DNA of 63,844 nt, filler included. It is 5 parts of 5 records of this genome, joined end to end, with 100 filler letters (N's around TTAATTAATTAA, not from the genome) between each part and the next. Parts side by side here need not be neighbours in the genome. Positions count along the whole stretch, not along the records: positions 43,095 to 51,662 come from DRR723986_17721; positions 51,763 to 63,844 come from DRR723986_17724; 3 more parts are not named here. One strand, given 5' to 3'. Numbering within the stretch: position 1 is the first letter of the stretch; each line of letters opens with the position of its first letter. The notes beneath the pieces are model-generated. The model did not search any database and was not told the origin of the DNA. It was given only the letters and a program-made list of their open reading frames with translations. A program made the translations under genes and the position numbers. This document shows, in pieces, positions 50,944 through 59,112 of the stretch.

Positions 50944-51447
50944 TTTCCCTTCGCAAACGATCAACTGCTGCATGCCGAAATCGACGTCTTTGACACGTAA
51001 TCGAAGAGCTTCGTTAATCCTCAGGCCGGCACCGTAGATCAGCATGGCCACCAGCTTGAATTCGCCCTTCAGATTATCAATTACCCGCCTGGCCTCGTCC
51101 GGGCTGAACACAACCGGAAGCCTCTTGGGCTTTTTTGCCGCTTCATACTCCAGGTTTTCCAATGGTGTTCCCAGAAACTCCCGATAAAGAAATATCAAAG
51201 CATTCAAAGCGACACGCTGAGTAGCCACGCTGACATTCGCCTGCAGAACCAGATGGGAAAGAAAAGCTTCAACCTCCGCTGTACCCATAGACTCCGGGTG
51301 TTTTCGACCATGGAAGCGGATAAAGCGCTTGATCCAGAACACATAGGTTTTCTCGGTTTTATAAGCGAGACCGCGAAGTCGGATAAAATTTCTGAGCCGA
51401 TCCAGAAAGCGTGTGGATTGCGGAGAAATCGGGCAGCGGATGTCCAT
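50944..51447 (-). pseudogene. intI: C-terminally truncated integron integrase
   Basis: SAM-like N-domain (TEKTYVFWIKRFIRFH..HP, EVEAFLSHL, ATQ..ALNAL.FLY) and LIYGAGLRINE.LRLRVKDVDF; similarity stops after EGK, so HxxR and the catalytic Tyr are missing. Confidence 0.88.
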
Positions 51448-51467
51448 ATCCTGGCTCCTTGATGGTT

Positions 51468-51483
51468 ATGTATAAATATACAG
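51468..51483 (-). promoter_or_regulatory. LexA box in the integrase promoter
   Basis: Minus strand reads CTGTATATTTATACAT (one mismatch to CTGT-N8-ACAG), 20 nt upstream of the ATG. Confidence 0.8.
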
Positions 51484-51510
51484 TATTTGATTTTTCGGGA
51501 TTGTCAATCA

Positions 51511-51627
51511 AGTATCCAGAAGCGGAGTTATACGAACGCATTCGCAAAACTCCGGGAAACCAGGGCGAAATGTTGCTAACCTTCTGATAAGTTTAAAAAG
51601 GAGTATCGGGACGTGCGGAGTTATACG
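51511..51627 (+). repeat. direct repeat in the expected attI region
   Basis: GCGGAGTTATACG at 51522-51534 and 51615-51627, each preceded by AGTATC. Confidence 0.6.
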
Positions 51628-51662
51628 CCCCTAATCTGGAGCAGGGGTGGCTCGAACACGGG

Positions 51663-51762
51663 NNNNNNNNNNNNNNNNNNNNNNNNNNNNNNNNNNNNNN
51701 NNNNNNTTAATTAATTAANNNNNNNNNNNNNNNNNNNNNNNNNNNNNNNNNNNNNNNNNNNN
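51663..51762. other. artificial contig spacer
   Basis: N-run, TTAATTAATTAA, N-run. Confidence 0.99.
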
Positions 51763-52146
51763 CCTTAGGGCTCGACCCGGGTGTCTTGAAGATTGAAATT
51801 GAGAGATTTTTAGATAACACGCGCTGCAATATTCTCGAATTCTTGAGACTCTTCTTCCAGTGGTCATTGTCAAATCACTTTGGCCATTGACGTTAACAGA
51901 CGAAAAGCCGTAGCTCTTGAGACTTCAAATTCAGCGACAAACAAGACAGTCAGAAAAGCCTGAGACCGAAGTGAAATGCGAATGCAACGCAGGGCTCAAA
52001 GCGGGCTGTTTAATAACATCAGTGAATCAAAGTCAGAACAGCAACAATACAAAAAACGACCAAAGTGTGGAGCGCCTGACCGCACCCTTAGCACTTTGAT
52101 CGTTTATGGAGCTGCTGTCAGAGCAGCAATGCGTGTAAACTTCCAA

Positions 52147-54378
52147 TTACAGCAGTTCGGCTTTTAAGCTCTCAATCCTGGTGCGATACTTTTTAAGACT
52201 CTTGATTGGGTCATGCTCAAACATCCAAACCATGCTGCCGTCAACCGGCCTGCCGTTAACATACTTAGGATGAAACTCCATGAATTCAATCTGGAGCAGG
52301 CCTTTATCAATAAAACCTTGCAGGTTGGCAGCGTTGTTGGGTCCGTAAAGGATGTGTGACGCCTCTTTGTTAACCGTAACGTTCGTGACCTTGCCATCGG
52401 CATTAACATCGATCGTGTAAAAGACGCGCGCGCCGAGGATATTGGCTGCGGGGTGCTCGCTGTGCGCCCTGGTAAAATACTGGATGCGCTCGTCGCGATC
52501 ATCGGGCAGAAAACTCGTGACATGTACGGCACAATCATTAAACTGAACACCTTCGTATTCCCTGTTGAAGGAAAATGATTTGTCGCGTTGTTGCTCGTTC
52601 CGACTCTGTTTATCTTGCTGTTTACTGTCCGGATCTGCGCTTGAATCATCCTGTTGGATTTCCTGTTCGCGGCCCTCTTTTTCCGCCCTTTCCAGCGCCT
52701 GCTTACGGCGTAATTCTTCGGCTTCTTCGAGCGCTTGTTTGCGTTCCATGAGGTGCAAGATTTCTTTGGAGGCTTTTAGCAGTTCGGCTTCCAGTTGTTC
52801 GGCGTTAAACCTGAGGGAATCGTTTACGAGTTGGAGGCTGGCTTCCAGCTCGGCGGCATCAACTTTCAGCTCGGCGGCGCGGGCTTCCAGCTTTTGGGTG
52901 TTCAGTTTTTCGGCCTGCGATTGAAGCTGGAGAATGAGGGCTTCGTTCTCCTTTTGCTGCTGCTGCACCAAAGTCTTTTGCGCAGCCTTTAATTCACTTA
53001 CGGACTCTAACTCCTTGCTGGCCTGTGAAAGTTTGAGGGCCTCCTGCTGTAAAGCTTCAGCCTGAATTTGAACCTGGACCTGCTGCTGCTGAATCTGCTT
53101 CTGATCGTGTTCGGCCTGAATTTCGGCGGCCTGCAGTTTAATCTGCTCGTGAAGCTCGTTGAGTTTTTGCTGCTTTTCACCTTGTTCAATCAACTGATTG
53201 GCGGCGGCTTCGGTCCGGATAGAATCGTCGGGGTTCATGTTAATAACAAGTCCCCAGGCACTTGCATCTGTCGACTGCATAAAGAGCAGGAGCGGCAGGG
53301 CGCTCAGGCAGAACGCCGTGATTAGTGTTTTACGCATACGCGTATTCCTCTTGGGTTGAAATTGATGTGTAATGCGCCGTTTAATCAAAGACGGCTTGTG
53401 TGAGAAAGCGACTGCGAGGGATGGCTTGGACCGAAGCCGCGGCGCAATCGCCAAAAGTGTTCGAGCAAATTCTTCTGCAGACATGTTTGTGGCCGATCGT
53501 GCACTGTCGTCACAACACAGTTCCGAACTAGCATGATACTTGCTGCTTAACATCCAGACGAGTGGATTCCACCACAATACAACTTTGAGGGTAGCAAAGA
53601 ACCACATCCAGATGTGGTCATGTTGTTTAATATGCGCCAGTTCGTGTGCCAGCACGGCCTGCCGCGCTTCATCCAGATTTACAGACCATGCAGCCGGCAG
53701 CACTACGCGCGCAGCACCTGGCCAGGCACAGACAAATGGTACTTCAACGGCCGCATGACAGCGGATGTCGTAATCACGCGCGGCTTCCGGCAAAACTGCA
53801 ACAGACACAGCTTGTGAAGTGCGCGCCAAACGCCAGAGCGGCAAACTGCAAGTCCAGATGCGCCAGACAACGATGCCACAGCCACCCAGCCACAAGACAA
53901 AGAGCAACAATGGAAGACTGCCGGCCGGTAAATCAAAAGTCTCAGTCTTAAAGTCAGGTGCCAGTTTGAGTTCAGTCGCAGAAGCAATGGTCAAATCTTG
54001 CGATGCGCCACCCGGCGGCGTTATCTCAGCGGTTTCGACTGCCTGCTGAAGTAGAGCGTCACTGGTTCCAGAAGTACGCTGCGGTTTTACAGGAGCAGGC
54101 CCGGCAGCCGCTTCCATAGTCCTGGCTACATTATTCGGCGGCGCAGGCGCAGTTGGACTTGCAGCATTTCCCGAATCAAGAATCAGGAATGGCGGAACAA
54201 TCAATAGAAGTGCGCAGATTATCGCCAGTGAACGGCGCAGCTGCGGCTCGCGCCGGCGCACAGCCCAAATCAGTCCGAGACCGACGATTAAGACAATAAA
54301 TTGGCGCCACCAGGTCACTGTCAACCAGTCAAACCACAGATTGGCAAGGTCCAGGAATATATCAGGAATAACAGGCAT
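52147..54378 (-). CDS. BlaR1/M56 metallopeptidase 3 with long coiled coil and TonB-C-like C-terminus
   Basis: AHELAHIKQHD, WWNPLVW, ELCCDD and SLIKRRI; Q/E-rich coil; VNADGKVTNV...FHPKYVNGRPV. Confidence 0.9.
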   Translation of the reverse strand: MPVIPDIFLDLANLWFDWLTVTWWRQFIVLIVGLGLIWAVRRREPQLRRSLAIICALLLIVPPFLILDSGNAASPTAPAPPNNVARTMEAAAGPAPVKPQRTSGTSDALLQQAVETAEITPPGGASQDLTIASATELKLAPDFKTETFDLPAGSLPLLLFVLWLGGCGIVVWRIWTCSLPLWRLARTSQAVSVAVLPEAARDYDIRCHAAVEVPFVCAWPGAARVVLPAAWSVNLDEARQAVLAHELAHIKQHDHIWMWFFATLKVVLWWNPLVWMLSSKYHASSELCCDDSARSATNMSAEEFARTLLAIAPRLRSKPSLAVAFSHKPSLIKRRITHQFQPKRNTRMRKTLITAFCLSALPLLLFMQSTDASAWGLVINMNPDDSIRTEAAANQLIEQGEKQQKLNELHEQIKLQAAEIQAEHDQKQIQQQQVQVQIQAEALQQEALKLSQASKELESVSELKAAQKTLVQQQQKENEALILQLQSQAEKLNTQKLEARAAELKVDAAELEASLQLVNDSLRFNAEQLEAELLKASKEILHLMERKQALEEAEELRRKQALERAEKEGREQEIQQDDSSADPDSKQQDKQSRNEQQRDKSFSFNREYEGVQFNDCAVHVTSFLPDDRDERIQYFTRAHSEHPAANILGARVFYTIDVNADGKVTNVTVNKEASHILYGPNNAANLQGFIDKGLLQIEFMEFHPKYVNGRPVDGSMVWMFEHDPIKSLKKYRTRIESLKAELL

Positions 54379-54506
54379 GTGTATGTCTTCCCCAAAACTG
54401 ATCTGGAATAGTGTGGAGCAACGGTGAGCGCCGAATTGCTCCACACAAATTGATATCTGGCCCGCCATCCCGGAGGTGACGAATCACCGGCCTGCCCGGC
54501 ATTTGT

Positions 54507-55073
54507 TTAACAACCGTCGGCCGTAGGGCCACCCTGGTTGAGCCGCGGCCATGGCACAGCGAAGCGCGGCTCCGGCAGCGGATGAATCTCGAACTGAATC
54601 GGCAGAACTATCTGCACACGCACCGGCTCCTTACTTGCCAGTCGAGCGGGATCAAAATTGAGTTCCCCAATCGTTTTACGCGCAGAAGCAACGAAGAAAT
54701 CGATCTCACGCTGTTTGTGCGCAGGGTTCTCCGACCAATTGCCGTAGGCCTCACTTAGCTCAATTGCGGACGCAGATCCGTCCCGTTCAACCACAAATTG
54801 CATGCTGATGCGTGCGCGAATACCGCTATTGTACAGAACTTTTGGATACGTTGTTTTGGCCTTGATGGCCTCACTCCCACCCAGAACGTAAACGGGGTAC
54901 TTGACTTCGGGAGCGGCATAATCGAGCAGCTCAGCCGGCGCGGCCGTGCAAATGTTTGTAAAGACATCGCTGTTAACACATCCCAGATTTTCCAGCTCTG
55001 CAGACTGGGTTGGATTGTTAAACAGCAGCGGTGTAACCAACAGAACGGCACCAGTTATGATAAGTTTACGCAT
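54507..55073 (-). CDS. stand-alone secreted or anchored TonB C-terminal-like protein B
   Basis: N-terminal hydrophobic signal; GG..AI...TYP, MQFVVERDG and FDPAR...PVRVQIVLPIQF. Confidence 0.85.
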   Translation of the reverse strand: MRKLIITGAVLLVTPLLFNNPTQSAELENLGCVNSDVFTNICTAAPAELLDYAAPEVKYPVYVLGGSEAIKAKTTYPKVLYNSGIRARISMQFVVERDGSASAIELSEAYGNWSENPAHKQREIDFFVASARKTIGELNFDPARLASKEPVRVQIVLPIQFEIHPLPEPRFAVPWPRLNQGGPTADGC

Positions 55074-55219
55074 AAGATTTTTCCGAAGAACTATGTTTCA
55101 AACAAAAACGACATTTGATTGTTGTACCGTCCTGTGCGGGGTGCTCGTGCGAATACAATTTTCTGATCAAATGTGCCTGGCCTAAAACATCAATTGCGAA
55201 CCTGAGCGATTGACCTATC

Positions 55220-56584
55220 TCACTTTTTCTTTTGTGCCACCTTGAAGGGCTGCCCTTCAACGTTGAACACCGCCAGACTCGACTTGTCTGCTTGTACTTT
55301 CTCATTTGTAGCAGGTTGATCTTGCTGCAAGATTGTCTCACTCTGCGAAGCATCGATACAGGTTTTAGACGCCAGGATTTCGGCTTCGGCCTGGGCAGCC
55401 TGCATGCGCATCTCAAAGAGCAGATCTTCCGATGTGGCTGGATACAGTCTGGCGGGCAGCGACTCTGACACATTTGATGCATTAATCGCAGAGACTGAAG
55501 TCTCCGAGTCTTGCGGCTGGAGGCCGTCTGTGAGACTCGCCTCACGAGCTTGCAGATTAATTGTAAATCCCCAGCTCGAAGCATTCGATCCGGACATCAG
55601 CAGCACCAAGGGCAGCGCCACGACTCCAAAGCCGAGCATCAAAGTCTTGCGCATCCGCGTCTTGTGCTGCGGCTTAAACTGATGTGTAATCCGCTGTTTA
55701 ACAAGCGAAGGGCGACGTGAGAACGATACCGCCACTGCCGAGAGCGGTTTGCGCTGTGGCACCAGGGACAGCAGCGTTTGCGCAAATTCGACCGACGAAA
55801 GTTTGGTCCTGGCGCGCGCGGCATCGTCGCAGCTAAGTTCGGCACTCTCCAGAAAGCAGCGCCCCAACTTCCATACAAGTGGATTCCACCACAGTACAAC
55901 TTTCAAAGCCGCAAACAGCCACACCAGAAACTGATCGTGTTGTTTAATATGCGCAATCTCATGCGCCAGCACAGCTTCCTGTCCGGCGTTCAATTCTGTT
56001 TGACTCTCGATCCAGGCAGCCGGAAGCACAACACGCGTGCCGCCCAACCAAGCTGTTACAAAAGGAATCTCAACCTGCGGATGAGCATAAATGTTAAATG
56101 GCTGTGCCATTGGCGGCACTTGCGCATCACTTAACTTCTGCGCCTGAAGCGTCAAGCGCCAGATCGGCAGACTCGTGTGTATAAGGCGCGCCAGCACCAG
56201 CAACGCTCCCAGGCTCCAGAGTCCAAAGAGCAGGAATGTAAAACCCAGCGCTGAGTGCGCGCCTGCGCCTGTCTGCTCACCCTGAATAATATTAGAAGGA
56301 AGTTCACCTTCCGGCTGCAATACAGTGCTCTCCAACCCCGCCAGCGGCGCAATGCCGGCAGGCGCCGACTCAATTGTCAGGAGCGGCGGCACAAGTAGCA
56401 GCGCGGCACATACGATTGTGATTATGCGACGAAGCTGCGGTTCATGCGCACGCAGGCGCCAGAGCAGTCCCAATCCCAGAGTCAATACAAGCAGCTGACG
56501 CCACCAGACTTGTGCGATCCACTCAAACCAAACATTTGAGCAATTGAGTGAAAATTCGAGCAACATTTCGAGCATGCTTAACAT
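55220..56584 (-). CDS. BlaR1/M56 metallopeptidase 2 with short C-terminal region
   Basis: AHEIAHIKQHD, WWNPLVW, ELSCDD and SLVKQRI; start may be 56584, 56575 or 56566. Confidence 0.9.
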   Translation of the reverse strand: MLSMLEMLLEFSLNCSNVWFEWIAQVWWRQLLVLTLGLGLLWRLRAHEPQLRRIITIVCAALLLVPPLLTIESAPAGIAPLAGLESTVLQPEGELPSNIIQGEQTGAGAHSALGFTFLLFGLWSLGALLVLARLIHTSLPIWRLTLQAQKLSDAQVPPMAQPFNIYAHPQVEIPFVTAWLGGTRVVLPAAWIESQTELNAGQEAVLAHEIAHIKQHDQFLVWLFAALKVVLWWNPLVWKLGRCFLESAELSCDDAARARTKLSSVEFAQTLLSLVPQRKPLSAVAVSFSRRPSLVKQRITHQFKPQHKTRMRKTLMLGFGVVALPLVLLMSGSNASSWGFTINLQAREASLTDGLQPQDSETSVSAINASNVSESLPARLYPATSEDLLFEMRMQAAQAEAEILASKTCIDASQSETILQQDQPATNEKVQADKSSLAVFNVEGQPFKVAQKKK

Positions 56585-57120
56585 CCGTCGCTTTTTGTTC
56601 CTATCGTTGCGTCACTATCTGAATAAATTAATCCGCGCTTCTGCGCAAGATAGAATTCGATCGGCAGAATCATTTCTGTGCTAACCATTTTGTTTGCTGC
56701 CGAGACTTTCGGCGCAAAGGTAAGATTTTCAATCGCTTGTGTTGCTGCGATTCTGAACAGCTCAATTTGTTTTAACTTGCGATCGGCCGACCAGTTGCCA
56801 TAAATCCGGTCCATTGAAATTCTGGAGGCCTTACCGTCGATTCCAATCGTAAACTTCATGAATGCTTTAACATGCAGGCCGCTCGCACGCAATTCCATTG
56901 GATAATTAGTTGCCTCTGCAATCGCCTGCACACCACCAAGAACGTAGGCCGGCTGGGTCTGGTCTTTTGCGCAGCACTGACCGGCATTCGATGCTGTACA
57001 TTCAAGTGCTGCTTTGCCTGAGCAGGCCTGTGGCTGCGGTGCTTCTGACTTGTCGGCTGAAAGAATCAGGATTGGACAGAGCAGCAGCAGAGCCAGTGTT
57101 GTCGCCATTCTATTTCGCAT
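56578..57120 (-). CDS. stand-alone secreted or anchored TonB C-terminal-like protein A
   Basis: AGGA RBS; signal peptide; YVLGG..AI...TNYP, MKFTIGIDG and FAP...MILPIEF. Confidence 0.85.
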   Translation of the reverse strand: MRNRMATTLALLLLCPILILSADKSEAPQPQACSGKAALECTASNAGQCCAKDQTQPAYVLGGVQAIAEATNYPMELRASGLHVKAFMKFTIGIDGKASRISMDRIYGNWSADRKLKQIELFRIAATQAIENLTFAPKVSAANKMVSTEMILPIEFYLAQKRGLIYSDSDATIGTKSDGC

Positions 57121-57217
57121 AATACTTTTCCTGGTTTGAATAGAGAGTAAGTGCGTGCCGCCTGAAAACTGGCAAGCACTTTGCCACGAGTGAGCGCCCC
57201 GTGGCGCGCGCCATTGA

Positions 57218-58627
57218 TTACTTTTCAATGGGATGTGTTTTCAAGGATTTCATGTTTTTGTCTGCCGGCATTTTGAAGGTAATCGGCAGGACAACTTTAG
57301 AGCGAACTTTGGCATTCTGCGTATGCGAGACTGCCGGCTCAAAATTGACCTGACTAACGGCTTCAATAGCGGCGTTGGCAAACAAACGCATCTGCTCTGT
57401 GTCCTTCGGTCCATTTAACATTTGGCTGTTTTTGGCACTGTAGGTAATGTTTGAGAGGCTTCCGTCAGCCTCAACAACCAGTTCCAACATAATGCGCGCT
57501 TCGGCACCTACGGCATAACACTCTTTGGGGTAGTGTAATGTATTTGCCAGAGAGGCAGCTCCGCCTTTCATATGTGCTTCTGAACGCAGTCTGACGTCTT
57601 TCCCAACTTCGATTTGGTCCTGCTTCTGCAGAACGGCGACTTTTTTGCTATCCTCGCCGGCCTGTAAAGTTGTTCCGGCTGGGACGTTTTCGGTATTAAA
57701 CAAGAATGGCGTAATCGCCAGGCAAAGGGCCGCAATCACCAAATTGCGCATAACTAACTCCTTGGAAGGTTGAATCTGATGTAATATCCGCTGTTTAATT
57801 AGCGACGGCTGCTGCACGAATGTGACGGCCGTACCTAAACGCGGTGACGATTTTTTGGCAAAGTTGAGCAATACTTGCGCGTAGTCATTTGCTGAGAGCT
57901 TAACATCACGGCGTGCGCGGTCGTCACTACACATTTCGGCACTGTGATGGTAAGCGCGAGTTAACATCCACACGAGCGGATTCCACCAGAACACCACGCG
58001 CAGAGCGCTGAAGAGTAGCACCCACAGATGATCTCCGTGTTTAACATGTGCACACTCATGCGCTATTACGGCACTGCGTTCATTTTCAGTCCAGTTGTAC
58101 CATGACTCGGGCACGACAATGCGCGCACCGCCAAACCAGGCGACAACAAATGGGACTTTGGCCGCGGCATGTGTGCCGATGCGGGTTCTGCGCGGCATGT
58201 CATCGGGCCTCAGACCGCCAGAGATCGGCGTAGCTTTTAATGCCATGTGATAGTGCGGCACACTCCCGACTACGGTTAATGCAGCGAGAATCACCGCGCC
58301 CAGCAGCCAGATTGTGAACAGGACATTCTGCGCGAAGTATTGCGCCACTGCTTCAGACACGGCACTTTTAAGGCTCGCGGCAATTGTCACGGCGTCCAGT
58401 GTTGTGACCGTCGCAGCTGCCGGCACGGTAGTTTCAAATGTTAACAACGGTGGCAAACACAGCGCCACAGCCAGGATCAGCGTAATGACGCGGCGCACGC
58501 CAGGTTCGTAGTTACGCAGCAGAACTAGGAGTATCATTCCGGCACCGATTAATGCCAGGTGGCGCAGCCAGATTACATCGGTCCATTGAACCCATGACTG
58601 CGCCAAACTCTCAAAGAACGCACTCAT
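57218..58627 (-). CDS. BlaR1/M56 metallopeptidase 1 fused to a TonB-C-like domain
   Basis: AHECAHVKHGD, WWNPLVW, EMCSDD and SLIKQRI; C-terminal LHYPK...LVVEADG...FEPA...VVLPITF; ATGA overlap with blaI. Confidence 0.92.
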   Translation of the reverse strand: MSAFFESLAQSWVQWTDVIWLRHLALIGAGMILLVLLRNYEPGVRRVITLILAVALCLPPLLTFETTVPAAATVTTLDAVTIAASLKSAVSEAVAQYFAQNVLFTIWLLGAVILAALTVVGSVPHYHMALKATPISGGLRPDDMPRRTRIGTHAAAKVPFVVAWFGGARIVVPESWYNWTENERSAVIAHECAHVKHGDHLWVLLFSALRVVFWWNPLVWMLTRAYHHSAEMCSDDRARRDVKLSANDYAQVLLNFAKKSSPRLGTAVTFVQQPSLIKQRILHQIQPSKELVMRNLVIAALCLAITPFLFNTENVPAGTTLQAGEDSKKVAVLQKQDQIEVGKDVRLRSEAHMKGGAASLANTLHYPKECYAVGAEARIMLELVVEADGSLSNITYSAKNSQMLNGPKDTEQMRLFANAAIEAVSQVNFEPAVSHTQNAKVRSKVVLPITFKMPADKNMKSLKTHPIEK

Positions 58628-59043
58628 TGTTTGTCCTCCGGCTTGTCTTCCCCACTGTGTTTATCTATGATCGCCTGTAGCTGCGCAATTTCATCTTCGT
58701 CCAGCTTCTCATTGTCCACCATGAAGTTTACGAGGGCAAGTCCCGAGCCTTCAAAGAGACGGTCCAGCAGCGAAGACGTAGCGCGATCAACCATTTCACG
58801 ACGTTCAAAAACCGGCGCATAAAAGTTAACCAGCCCGACCTTGCGGCGGTTCAGGAATCCTTTGCGCTGCAGGTTATTCATGATTGTCTGCACGGTTGTA
58901 TATGCTTTGGCGGGTTTAAATCCGCCGCGGTCAACTATTTCACGCACACTGATTTCACTGGTTTTGTCCAGCTCTGCCAGTCGCCAGATCGCCTCCATAA
59001 TTTCCCATTCTGTCGGCGTCAGCTGATGTTTTTCCTTAGCCAT
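58624..59043 (-). CDS. BlaI/MecI/CopY family transcriptional repressor
   Basis: LTPTEWEIMEAIW, AYTTVQTIMNNL.RKGFL.R and LLDRLFEGS..LVNFM. Confidence 0.95.
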   Translation of the reverse strand: MAKEKHQLTPTEWEIMEAIWRLAELDKTSEISVREIVDRGGFKPAKAYTTVQTIMNNLQRKGFLNRRKVGLVNFYAPVFERREMVDRATSSLLDRLFEGSGLALVNFMVDNEKLDEDEIAQLQAIIDKHSGEDKPEDKQ

Positions 59044-59046
59044 GTC

Positions 59047-59112
59047 CTACTCCAAACGTAGACCTACTATAACAATAGTAGCAATGATACGATACGCGCT
59101 CCTTTTATGCAA
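59047..59112 (-). promoter_or_regulatory. sigma70 promoter with overlapping palindromic operator(s) for the BlaI operon
   Basis: Minus-strand TTGCAT (59112-59107), 17 nt, TATCAT (59089-59084); perfect dyad CTACTAT-AACA-ATAGTAG at 59064-59081; second dyad CTAC-N7-GTAG at 59047-59061. Confidence 0.72.

Noticed and set aside
9141-51662. Treating the two Marinobacter-like contigs as one locus
   Set aside because: They may come from the same genus, but nothing in the sequence shows adjacency or a shared genome.
9041-51762. Four identical TTAATTAATTAA motifs flanked by N-runs
   Set aside because: Artificial concatenation linkers. They are not biological repeats, and no synteny can be inferred across them.
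51763-52053. Possible gene remnant at the start of contig 5
   Set aside because: Only short open frames with no recognisable similarity, so it cannot be supported.
55066-55584. Possible frameshift joining M56-2 to TonB-C gene B
   Set aside because: Gene B has its own Met and signal peptide, the bridging ORF is not protein-like, and no slippery site is evident.
57218-59043. Calling the blaI/M56 pair a beta-lactam resistance locus
   Set aside because: No penicillin-binding sensor domain, beta-lactamase or mecA-like gene is present.
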